The notes beneath the pieces are model-generated. The model searched no databases, was not told where the DNA came from, and was given only the letters and a program-made list of their open reading frames with translations. A stretch of DNA of 64,000 nucleotides, from assembly GCA_942490535.1 (NCBI GenBank), contig CALNXQ010000001.1:124396-188395 (forward strand), written 5' to 3'. The translations under genes were made by a program, and so were the position numbers. The stretch comes from an uncultured Marinilabiliaceae bacterium (GTDB taxonomy: Bacteria; Bacteroidota; Bacteroidia; Bacteroidales; Marinilabiliaceae). The stretch's first letter is position 1. The number at the start of each line of letters is the position of its first letter. Below, in pieces: positions 8,762 to 16,788 of this stretch.

Positions 8762-10243
8762 ATGAAAGAAAAGAAAAACAGGCCGGAGCTGAGTCGACGG
8801 CGCTTTCTGACCAATGCAGGGCTGGCCGCTGCCGGCTTAACTATTCTACCGGCTCATGTGGTGAGTGGCCTCGGGTACAGAGCTCCCGGCGACAAACTAA
8901 ACATTGCCGGTGTAGGCGTTGGCGGCCGTGGATTAGGGGTTTTAAAAGCCATGAAGAGTGAAAATATGGTGGCCCTTTGCGATGTGGACTGGAAATATGC
9001 CCAGGGTGCCTTTGCCACCTTTCCAAAGGCAAAAAAATATTGGGACTGGCGCAAGATGTTTGATGAGATGGGTGACTCCATCGATGCCGTAGTGGTGGCC
9101 ACAGCTGATCATACACATGCCATCATTGCCGCGCATGCCATTACAATGGGTAAGCATGTGTATGTGGAAAAACCACTGACACATACGGTTTATGAGTCGC
9201 GCTTACTAACTAACCTGGCTGCTCATTACAAAGTGGCTACTCAAATGGGAAATCAGGGGGCTTCCCTGGAAGATGTGGCCTTTACCACTGAATGGATACA
9301 GAATGGTGAGATCGGTGAGGTACGTAAAGTGGAGGCTTTTACGGATCGTCCCATCTGGCCCCAGGGATTGAACCGCCCGGAAGAGGCACAGCAGATACCA
9401 GATACTTTTAATTGGGATCTGTTTGTTGGGCCCGCTAAGATGCGGCCTTACCATGCCATATACACGCCCTGGAATTTCAGGGGATGGTGGGATTTTGGAA
9501 CAGGTGCTTTGGGCGATATGGCCTGCCATATTTTGCATCCGGTGTTTAAAGGTCTCAACCTGGGCTATCCCACTAAAGCGCAAGGTAGTTCCACCTTATT
9601 GTTGACTGATGCCGCGCCAACAGCTCAAAAGGTCAGGTTAGTTTTTCCGGAGCGTCCTAAGGTTGGAAGAGTGAAAATGCCAGCAGTAGAAGTGCATTGG
9701 TACGATGGCGGCCTGCAGCCCCTAAAACCGCAAGGATGGCCCGCCGGAAGAGATATGAATAACAATGGTGGTGGTGTGTTGTTCCATGGTTCAAAAGATA
9801 CCCTGGTATGTGGGTGCTATGGCAAGGATCCCTGGTTGTTGTCTGGCCGTATCCCCAAGGTTGAAAAAACGTTACCACGCATAAAAACAAGTCATGAGAT
9901 GGATTGGGTGCGTGCCTGTAAAGAATCCCCTGAAAATCGGATAGAAACCTTGTCGCCCTTCAGTGAAGCCGGACCCTTCAATGAAATGGTGGTGATGGGA
10001 GTTTTAGCTGTTCGTTTGCAATCGCTCAATAAAGAATTGGAGTGGGATGGTGCCAATATGCGTTTTACCAATATTGGTGATCATGAAACCATTCGCACAG
10101 TTATTAAAGACGGATTTAAAATTCATGATGGCCATCCTACATTCGATAAGGAGTGGACCGACAAAACAAATGCCAATGCCTTTGCTGCCGAGTTGATTAA
10201 GCATACCTACCGGGAGGGTTGGTCGTTACCGGCCATGCCCTAA
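8762..10243 (+). CDS. Gfo/Idh/MocA family NAD(P)-dependent oxidoreductase with twin-arginine (TAT) signal; GH109-like / glycoside 3-dehydrogenase-like
   Basis: The N-terminus carries a TAT motif (SRRRFLTNAGLAAAGLTIL). A Rossmann GxGxxG-like segment (IAGVGVGGRG) is present. Its size is ~490 aa, and the first gene of a trio with DUF1080 and TIM-barrel genes. Confidence 0.75.
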   Translation: MKEKKNRPELSRRRFLTNAGLAAAGLTILPAHVVSGLGYRAPGDKLNIAGVGVGGRGLGVLKAMKSENMVALCDVDWKYAQGAFATFPKAKKYWDWRKMFDEMGDSIDAVVVATADHTHAIIAAHAITMGKHVYVEKPLTHTVYESRLLTNLAAHYKVATQMGNQGASLEDVAFTTEWIQNGEIGEVRKVEAFTDRPIWPQGLNRPEEAQQIPDTFNWDLFVGPAKMRPYHAIYTPWNFRGWWDFGTGALGDMACHILHPVFKGLNLGYPTKAQGSSTLLLTDAAPTAQKVRLVFPERPKVGRVKMPAVEVHWYDGGLQPLKPQGWPAGRDMNNNGGGVLFHGSKDTLVCGCYGKDPWLLSGRIPKVEKTLPRIKTSHEMDWVRACKESPENRIETLSPFSEAGPFNEMVVMGVLAVRLQSLNKELEWDGANMRFTNIGDHETIRTVIKDGFKIHDGHPTFDKEWTDKTNANAFAAELIKHTYREGWSLPAMP

Positions 10244-10304
10244 GTAGATTCTTTTCAGACATCGTTAGGAGGCAATTGAAATCATTCATACTAAAATAAA
10301 TCAG

Positions 10305-11114
10305 ATGAAAAATAGAGTATTCCTAGTTTTAGCAGTCGTTGTTTTTGGGATCACTTCATGTATGCAGAAAACCAAACAGACGAGTGAGGAGGAAACTAAA
10401 ATGAATATCGAACAAAAAGTGGAAGAAAGAGCAGAGCTGAATAGTTTGACCAAAGCAGAGATGGCCGATGGGTGGCAATTGTTATTCAATGGCAAAACAA
10501 CAGAAGGATGGCGTAATTATGCCAAAACTACTTTCCCGGATGGGTGGGATATCACCGAAGAGGGTGCCTTGCATTGCCCGGGCTCCGGACGCGGTGAAGC
10601 CGGCGGAAAAGATCGCGGTGATATTATTTATGGTGAGAAGCAGTATGGCAATTTTCACCTGAAGTTGGAGTGGAAGATTTCAGAAGGAGGGAACTCCGGA
10701 ATCTTTTATTTAGGACAAGAGAGTGATGAATTTGATTACATCTGGATGACGGCTCCGGAAATGCAAATTTTGGATAATGAGAATCATCCCGATGCACAAG
10801 CCGGTATCAAAGGCAATCGCCAGGCAGGCTCATTGTATGATCTGTATGCCGCCACACCTCAAAATGCCAAGCCGGCAGGTGAGTGGAATAGTGCAGAGAT
10901 AAAAGTTTACAAAGGTTCGGTTTGGCACATTCAAAATGGAGAGACAGTAGTAGAATACCACCTATGGACTCCGGAATGGAATGAGCTGGTAGCCGGCAGT
11001 AAATTCCCAGGCTTGAATGCCAATTGGGCGGAGGTGGCCACGGAAGGATACATTGGGTTGCAAGATCATGGCGACGATGTGTGGTTTCGAAATATTAAAA
11101 TTAAAGAGTTATGA
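10305..11114 (+). CDS. DUF1080 (3-keto-disaccharide hydrolase-like, concanavalin-like fold) secreted protein
   Basis: A lipoprotein-like signal is present (VFGITSC). DUF1080 motifs are seen: GW..LFNGK...GW, GNSGIFY, GLQDHGDDVWFRNIKIK. Confidence 0.75.
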   Translation: MKNRVFLVLAVVVFGITSCMQKTKQTSEEETKMNIEQKVEERAELNSLTKAEMADGWQLLFNGKTTEGWRNYAKTTFPDGWDITEEGALHCPGSGRGEAGGKDRGDIIYGEKQYGNFHLKLEWKISEGGNSGIFYLGQESDEFDYIWMTAPEMQILDNENHPDAQAGIKGNRQAGSLYDLYAATPQNAKPAGEWNSAEIKVYKGSVWHIQNGETVVEYHLWTPEWNELVAGSKFPGLNANWAEVATEGYIGLQDHGDDVWFRNIKIKEL

Positions 11115-11962
11115 CCCGGAAAATACTATACACGGGCTTGATTCTTCTGGTAATAGGTATGCTAATGAGTAGTTATTTACAGTATTCGAAGAAAGAAGTT
11201 GGTTTACAGTTATGGTCGGTGCGCGAGGATATGAAAAAAGATGCAGCGGCTACCATCGCTGCTATCGGTCAAATGGGTTATTCTTTTGTGGAGGCCGCTG
11301 GTTATGCAGATGGGATGTTTTATGGCATGGAGCCAATGGTGTTTAAGCATTTGTTGGCTGATAACGGCTTACAGTTTATGGCTTCACATACCGGGCAGTC
11401 TTTGCCGGATGCGGATCATTGGGAATCTACCATGAATTGGTGGGAGGAGTGCATCGAAGCCCATGTCAAAGCCGGGGTACACTACATTGTTCAGCCCTCT
11501 ATGGATAAGAAGGGCTACGGCTCATTGGCTGATCTGAAACGCTATTGCGACTATTTTAATGCCATTGGTGAAAAATGCAATGCCAAAGGTATCCGGTTTG
11601 GGTATCACAATCACGACCGGGAGTTTGAAACGGTGGAAGGTGTGGTGCGCTATGATTACATGCTTCAGAATACAGATCCTGAAAAAGTCATGTTTCAATT
11701 GGATTTATATTGGATCATGAAAGGCGGAAAAGAAGCCATCACTTATTTCAACACTTATCCGGGGCGTTTTGAATTGTGGCATGTGAAAGATGAAAAAGAA
11801 CTGGGTGAGAGTGGTCTGATGGACTTTGAACCCATTTTTAAGGCTTCCGAATTATCCGGCATGCAACATTTCATTGTGGAGGTAGAGCGCTATAATTATG
11901 AGCCGCTTGAGAGTGTTAAAAAAAGTCTGAACTTCCTATTGGAAGCCAGCTATGTGCAGTGA
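11111..11962 (+). CDS. Sugar phosphate isomerase/epimerase (xylose-isomerase-like TIM barrel) family protein
   Basis: Overlaps the upstream gene by 4 nt (ATGA), suggesting translational coupling. The N-terminal TM/signal and the pattern (GLQLWSVRED, FGYHNH, LWHVKD) fit AP-endonuclease-2/XylA-like TIM barrels. Confidence 0.7.
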   Translation: MTRKILYTGLILLVIGMLMSSYLQYSKKEVGLQLWSVREDMKKDAAATIAAIGQMGYSFVEAAGYADGMFYGMEPMVFKHLLADNGLQFMASHTGQSLPDADHWESTMNWWEECIEAHVKAGVHYIVQPSMDKKGYGSLADLKRYCDYFNAIGEKCNAKGIRFGYHNHDREFETVEGVVRYDYMLQNTDPEKVMFQLDLYWIMKGGKEAITYFNTYPGRFELWHVKDEKELGESGLMDFEPIFKASELSGMQHFIVEVERYNYEPLESVKKSLNFLLEASYVQ

Positions 11963-12033
11963 AAAGCACCAGATAAAAAGAGAAAGGGGCCTCTGCTGGA
12001 GGTCCCTTTACTTTTCAATCGAATAATTAAAAT

Positions 12034-13002
12034 TTACTTTTGCAGACTATGTTTAGAGATAAACAATTTTTTAAAGTTCCTGTCCTGCTGTTCTTCAAAT
12101 ACGCTCCCCTTATTTTGAGTGCTTGTAAGCTGTACGTGTTCACCTTCAAATTGGGCTTGTATTTCAATGATATTCATCTGGTCATCCTGAATTTTTACCT
12201 TATGCGTAAAGTGTGTGGGCAGTTCATCGGTAAATGCATTCCCGTTTAATGATGACAGAGTAGACAGGTAAGAAGCAACAGCTACAGAATCCAGAGGTAA
12301 ACCATCACACATCCAGATATTCTCATTTTTTACCATCGTAAAAGAGCTATCGGCCGGATATTCAAAGGTCAGTTTGCTGATGGTTGAAGAGTTTGTTTTT
12401 ATCAGTTGCTTATTTCGGAATGCATTGGCGTCCCGATTAATGGAGCTTCCTAAGAAACCTTCAACGGCAAATACTTCAGGTTCATTTTCACTGCGTACGT
12501 AGGTAGTCATCGTGCCTCTTGGTCCCTGATAGTAGGGTTTTTGATTCATCATGGGGGCTTGCTTAGCTTGTAAATAGGAGAATTTACCAATGTGCAGTCT
12601 GGCCAATTCACCGTCATGTCCCATTAACGTTACTACGGATGCCAGCGAGTCTGTTAAGTCAAATTTGGCCCATTTCTCTTTTGAGCGTGCTGCTAATCGT
12701 ATTGGCTTTAGCCCATTCACTTGATTCAGGAGCTTGGAAATAACCGATGCATCCCCGTTGTACGTATTGCCATTGGCTAAAACCTGCCAGGCATCATCTT
12801 CTTTTTTCAACTCAATGGATTCGCCATTCAATACTCTTGGTTGAAGCAGGATGGCTGTTACCTGATTCTTATCTAATTCGAAAAGAACACTTTTCAACGT
12901 GTTGGTGTCTTTGGTATTGTCGTATATTTTAGTTCCTGCGGTCAGGATGAGCAGTGTGATAAAAACTGTAAGTAACGTTTTTAGACTTAATTTTCTATAC
13001 AT
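12034..13002 (-). CDS. DUF4340-like protein (GldG-associated), signal-anchored
   Basis: It is the last gene of the gldA-gldF-gldG operon and overlaps gldG by 8 nt. The N-terminus is a hydrophobic anchor. Confidence 0.5.
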   Translation of the reverse strand: MYRKLSLKTLLTVFITLLILTAGTKIYDNTKDTNTLKSVLFELDKNQVTAILLQPRVLNGESIELKKEDDAWQVLANGNTYNGDASVISKLLNQVNGLKPIRLAARSKEKWAKFDLTDSLASVVTLMGHDGELARLHIGKFSYLQAKQAPMMNQKPYYQGPRGTMTTYVRSENEPEVFAVEGFLGSSINRDANAFRNKQLIKTNSSTISKLTFEYPADSSFTMVKNENIWMCDGLPLDSVAVASYLSTLSSLNGNAFTDELPTHFTHKVKIQDDQMNIIEIQAQFEGEHVQLTSTQNKGSVFEEQQDRNFKKLFISKHSLQK

Positions 13003-14494
13003 GGTTTTCCCCCTTTCTTTTTAGTCGTGTGTATTTTCTCTTCTGGTAACGGTAAATCCCAATGGCAACAATGATTAGCAATGGAAGAGCGAAGTTGAAT
13101 AGTTTAAGAAAGCGCTTATCGGCCTCGTCGAGTTGGTCGAGTGGACGTATTTTAACCTGTTTTGATCGAAGCTGAATGAGTCCGGTATCATCGCTCATGT
13201 AATCAATGGCATTGACCACGAAATTGGCATTGTCCGGTTGGATTTGACGCATCGTTTCGCCGGCGCCATTGATGGCCAGGTCACCATCTGTAATCACCAC
13301 CATTTTGGAGGTATTCTCTTCGAGCAAACCTGCCACAGTAATTTTTGCTTTTGTAAAGTCCTTTTCCTGCCATTGGCGTTCAATGTTGAAATACACAGGC
13401 GTGGGTTGTGTGCCCGACTTATCAGATGTGAACACCAACGGTGTAAAGGTTTTTGAGCTATCGCCGTTAAAACTCAGGGAACTTCCGAATTGCATAACCA
13501 TCGTACCCAGTCCTTGGGTAATAGGATGTTCAGCAAAATTTGACAAAACCGGAAGGTAGGGGAAGCTGATGGGACGGTTCACAGTAAACATGCCCTGGCG
13601 TTGTTGTACGTTGATGCTCCCACAATTCGCATCCAGAATAAAATCGTCGCCGATGCTTAAGCCTTTACTTGATAGCCAATCGGTCATTCCGGTGTGTTTA
13701 GATACCCCCAACCCTTGTTGCAATTGTGCGTCTACCCGATTGAATGAGATGAATAAGTTTCCTCCTTGCTTGAGGTAATCTTCAATGTATTTGAAATGTT
13801 CGGCCGGGATGGTGTCCTGTGGATTGATCCAGGCCAGTGATTTGTATTTGCTGAGATTAATACTGTCTGATAAAAGGACTTCCTCCGGCACATATAAAAC
13901 CGCCAGTCCCTGGGTGACTTGAAGCAATTGGTCCAAGCCTGGTTCGCCATGCCCGGAAATAAATCCAATGGCATCTTTTTCTGGAAGGGTCATTTTTTTG
14001 ATGGCGGTGGTTAAGGCATATTCCATTTGAGCCCCGGACTGTATAAATGGGATGGTTTCAGATAATTCGCCAATTTGGATGACTGCTCCCATAAAAGCCT
14101 TCTTGGTGGTGGACTGGTCCTTCTCCCGCGCTTGAATCATGACGGTTTGGATGCCAGCTTCCACAGCTTTTTGTTCCTGCGCAGCATCTTCATTGGGATT
14201 GATAAACTCATAAACGACCTGTTGGTGCGACCGGGAAGCATATTCTGAAAGCAGATCTTTAAAATCATTTTTTAATTGATCAAATTGAGGTTGAAGGCCT
14301 TCTGAGAAATAGGCCGTAACCGTTACGGGCTCGCTGATACCTTCCAGGATGTCCTTTGTGGTTTCGCTTAGTGTATGGCGCTGATCCTCCGTAAAGTCGA
14401 GGCGAAAAAAGTACCTTGAGGCCAACACGTTAATAAGGATCATAATCCCTAACACTAAGATGATATAGTATTTAATCTGACGCTTATTCAACAT
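12995..14494 (-). CDS. gldG: Gliding-motility-associated ABC transporter substrate-binding/auxiliary protein GldG
   Basis: It has N- and C-terminal TM segments (C-terminal LLIIVAIGIYRY), is ~500 aa, and sits downstream of gldF. Confidence 0.7.
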   Translation of the reverse strand: MLNKRQIKYYIILVLGIMILINVLASRYFFRLDFTEDQRHTLSETTKDILEGISEPVTVTAYFSEGLQPQFDQLKNDFKDLLSEYASRSHQQVVYEFINPNEDAAQEQKAVEAGIQTVMIQAREKDQSTTKKAFMGAVIQIGELSETIPFIQSGAQMEYALTTAIKKMTLPEKDAIGFISGHGEPGLDQLLQVTQGLAVLYVPEEVLLSDSINLSKYKSLAWINPQDTIPAEHFKYIEDYLKQGGNLFISFNRVDAQLQQGLGVSKHTGMTDWLSSKGLSIGDDFILDANCGSINVQQRQGMFTVNRPISFPYLPVLSNFAEHPITQGLGTMVMQFGSSLSFNGDSSKTFTPLVFTSDKSGTQPTPVYFNIERQWQEKDFTKAKITVAGLLEENTSKMVVITDGDLAINGAGETMRQIQPDNANFVVNAIDYMSDDTGLIQLRSKQVKIRPLDQLDEADKRFLKLFNFALPLLIIVAIGIYRYQKRKYTRLKRKGENHV

Positions 14495-14505
14495 GATTGA
14501 ATGGT

Positions 14506-15237
14506 TTAGTGGATGTTACGTTTAACAAGTGATAATTCGGATGCGATTAAGCCAAATAGGATGATGGATCCGAAATAGATGAGGTTTTTACTGTCAATAA
14601 CCCCTTGAGTGATGTTGTAATAATGGTATCGGATGTCCAGGTAAGATAACACATCACCGGTAACGCCCGAAAAAGCTGAGGCACTGATGCCGAATATGAT
14701 CTGGAAAAAGATGCCTATTATTAAGGCCACCAAAAACGCCACTATCTGGTTGGAAGTAATGCTACTGGCAAAAATACCCAGACTGATGTAGGCAGCGCTC
14801 ATCAACAATAAACCTAAATACCCGGTCCATACAGATCCATGATCGATGGGGCCGATGGAAGCAATCGAAATGTAATAGGGAAGTGTCAGGACCAGGGAAA
14901 TGACAATCAGTAAGAAGGTGGACAGGAATTTTCCGGTGACCACTTGCCAGTCTGAAACAGGCTTGGTCAATAAGAGTTCGATGGTGCCTGTTTTATATTC
15001 CTCGGCCATTTGTTTCATGGTAAGGGCCGGTATGAAGATAAACAGAGTCCAGTACGCAATGCCAAAAAAGGGCTGCATGGTGGCGCGGTTGATGAAAAAT
15101 ACGTCGTTGTTGCCATATAACCAGGTGAAAAAGCCGCTCAAACCCAGGAAAACGACAATTAATATATAAGCCATAAGGGAATCAAAATACCCTTTCAGCT
15201 CTTTTTTAGTAATGATCCAAATTTGTTTCATTGTCAA
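14506..15237 (-). CDS. gldF: ABC-2 type permease GldF
   Basis: Six predicted TM helices, between gldA and gldG. Confidence 0.7.
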   Translation of the reverse strand: MTMKQIWIITKKELKGYFDSLMAYILIVVFLGLSGFFTWLYGNNDVFFINRATMQPFFGIAYWTLFIFIPALTMKQMAEEYKTGTIELLLTKPVSDWQVVTGKFLSTFLLIVISLVLTLPYYISIASIGPIDHGSVWTGYLGLLLMSAAYISLGIFASSITSNQIVAFLVALIIGIFFQIIFGISASAFSGVTGDVLSYLDIRYHYYNITQGVIDSKNLIYFGSIILFGLIASELSLVKRNIH

Positions 15238-15318
15238 AGCATTAAATATTTTAAGACCGAATGATTGATGAATCCAATCAATTCAGAAGATTGAATATAG
15301 ATTCATAGAATGAAGGTG

Positions 15319-16251
15319 CTAATTTTCCTGAGTCAAGTCGCGGAATATGTCCTCCAGATTTTTTTCTACCGGCGTCAATTGAGTCAGGTACCAGCCTTTG
15401 GATGCACACAAGTCAAAAATGGCTTTACAGGACGAGACTTGTGGTAGGCTTTCTACTTCGTAAGTTGATTGACTGCCTTCAGCGAAAGAAACGACCTCCG
15501 TTTCGCTCAACTGATTTAAAGCAGAATATACATCATTTCTATCCCCACCTTCAATGGCGACTTTCAATATCTCTTTTCCCTGGGCTTTATTCCGAAGTTC
15601 TTTGGGGGTGCCGTCGGCCACAATTTTACCCTTATTGATAATCAGGACGCGGTCGCATGTCGCCTCCACCTCGGCCAGGATGTGAGAACTCAGAATGACC
15701 GTTTTTTCTTTACCGATCTCCTTAATCAGCTCCCTGATCTCAATGATTTGATTGGGATCCAGGCCTGTGGTGGGTTCATCGAGAATCAACACTTCTGGTT
15801 CATGAATCAGAGCTTGTGCCAAACCAACTCGTTGACGATACCCCTTCGATAATTCGCCAATCTTTTTGTGTTTTTCGTCGCCCAGGCCACAGATCCTGAC
15901 CATTTTTTCGACTTGTGATTTCAAATCGTTCTTTTTAACGCCTTGTAATTCGCCAATAAACGACAGGTAATCCATGATTGGCATTTCTAAATACAAGGGG
16001 TTGTTTTCGGGCAAATAGCCGATGTTTTGCTTGACTTCATCGGGATTTTGAAGTACTGATTTACCACCAACAGTGATATCGCCATTATTGGGTGTGATGT
16101 AACAGGTAATCGCCTTCATGGTGGTGGTTTTACCGGCGCCGTTTGGTCCCAGGAAACCTAGAATTTCACCTGTTTTAACCTCGAATGACAAGTCGTCCAG
16201 AGCTTTTTGGCCACCGTACGTTTTTGTTATTCCCTTTACGCAAATGTCCAT
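15319..16251 (-). CDS. gldA: ABC transporter ATP-binding protein GldA
   Basis: The Walker A motif (GPNGAGKTT), ABC signature (LSKGYRQRVGLA) and Walker B motif (LILDEPTTGLD) are all present. Confidence 0.8.
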   Translation of the reverse strand: MDICVKGITKTYGGQKALDDLSFEVKTGEILGFLGPNGAGKTTTMKAITCYITPNNGDITVGGKSVLQNPDEVKQNIGYLPENNPLYLEMPIMDYLSFIGELQGVKKNDLKSQVEKMVRICGLGDEKHKKIGELSKGYRQRVGLAQALIHEPEVLILDEPTTGLDPNQIIEIRELIKEIGKEKTVILSSHILAEVEATCDRVLIINKGKIVADGTPKELRNKAQGKEILKVAIEGGDRNDVYSALNQLSETEVVSFAEGSQSTYEVESLPQVSSCKAIFDLCASKGWYLTQLTPVEKNLEDIFRDLTQEN

Positions 16252-16281
16252 TTTATTTGAGTCTAATAATTATTAAAAGCT

Positions 16282-16289
16282 CAAAAATA
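16282..16289 (-). promoter_or_regulatory. -7 promoter box (TATTTTTG on minus strand) for the gldAFG operon
   Basis: The plus-strand CAAAAATA is about 31 nt upstream of the gldA start and matches TAnnTTTG. Confidence 0.4.
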
Positions 16290-16448
16290 AAATGCAGGTG
16301 AAATATCAAAAAATAAATAACTCATTTTAACCTCTTTTTAACGCAACTTATGTTTGGTAATCGAAGCTTGTAGTGGTGGTGCTGATTATTGAATACATTG
16401 AGTATTTTCAGAACGGAAGTTGTATCGAAGATGTGATAAACAAAAAAA

Positions 16449-16467
16449 GCCGCTGATAATCAGCGGC
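16449..16467. terminator. Intrinsic terminator hairpin immediately 3' of tRNA-Leu (bidirectional)
   Basis: GCCGCTGAT-A-ATCAGCGGC is a perfect 9-bp stem, flanked by A-run and T-run. Confidence 0.65.
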
Positions 16468-16472
16468 TTTTG

Positions 16473-16556
16473 TGCCCAGAACAGGACTCGAACCTGCACG
16501 TCCTTGCGAACACTGGTCCCTGAAACCAGCGCGTCTACCAATTTCGCCACCTGGGC
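16473..16556 (-). tRNA. tRNA-Leu (anticodon CAG), 84 nt, CCA not encoded
   Basis: I folded the cloverleaf manually. The acceptor is GCCCAGG/TCTGGGC, the anticodon stem-loop is CTGGT-TTCAGGG-ACCAG, and there is a long variable arm and a GGTTCGAGTCC T-arm. Confidence 0.85.
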
Positions 16557-16582
16557 GTGGGTCGTTGTTTCCAACAGCGGTG

Positions 16583-16590
16583 CAAATATA
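16583..16590 (-). promoter_or_regulatory. -7 promoter box (TATATTTG on minus strand) for tRNA-Leu
   Basis: It lies about 25 nt upstream of the mature tRNA 5' end. Confidence 0.4.
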
Positions 16591-16788
16591 GCAAAATTAG
16601 GGAATGCACCTGCATTGCATAAGGAAAAAAGTTATCCTCAATGTAAAAGTCCTTGGAAACTACGCTATTTCTTTTTTATCTGATACCTCTAAAGTGCTTG
16701 AAAACCCTTTCGGAGGTGATAGGATAAAAAAAAACACCCGACCAGAAAGAATTCCGATCAGGTGTTTAATGTATCTTAATCGTTCTCT

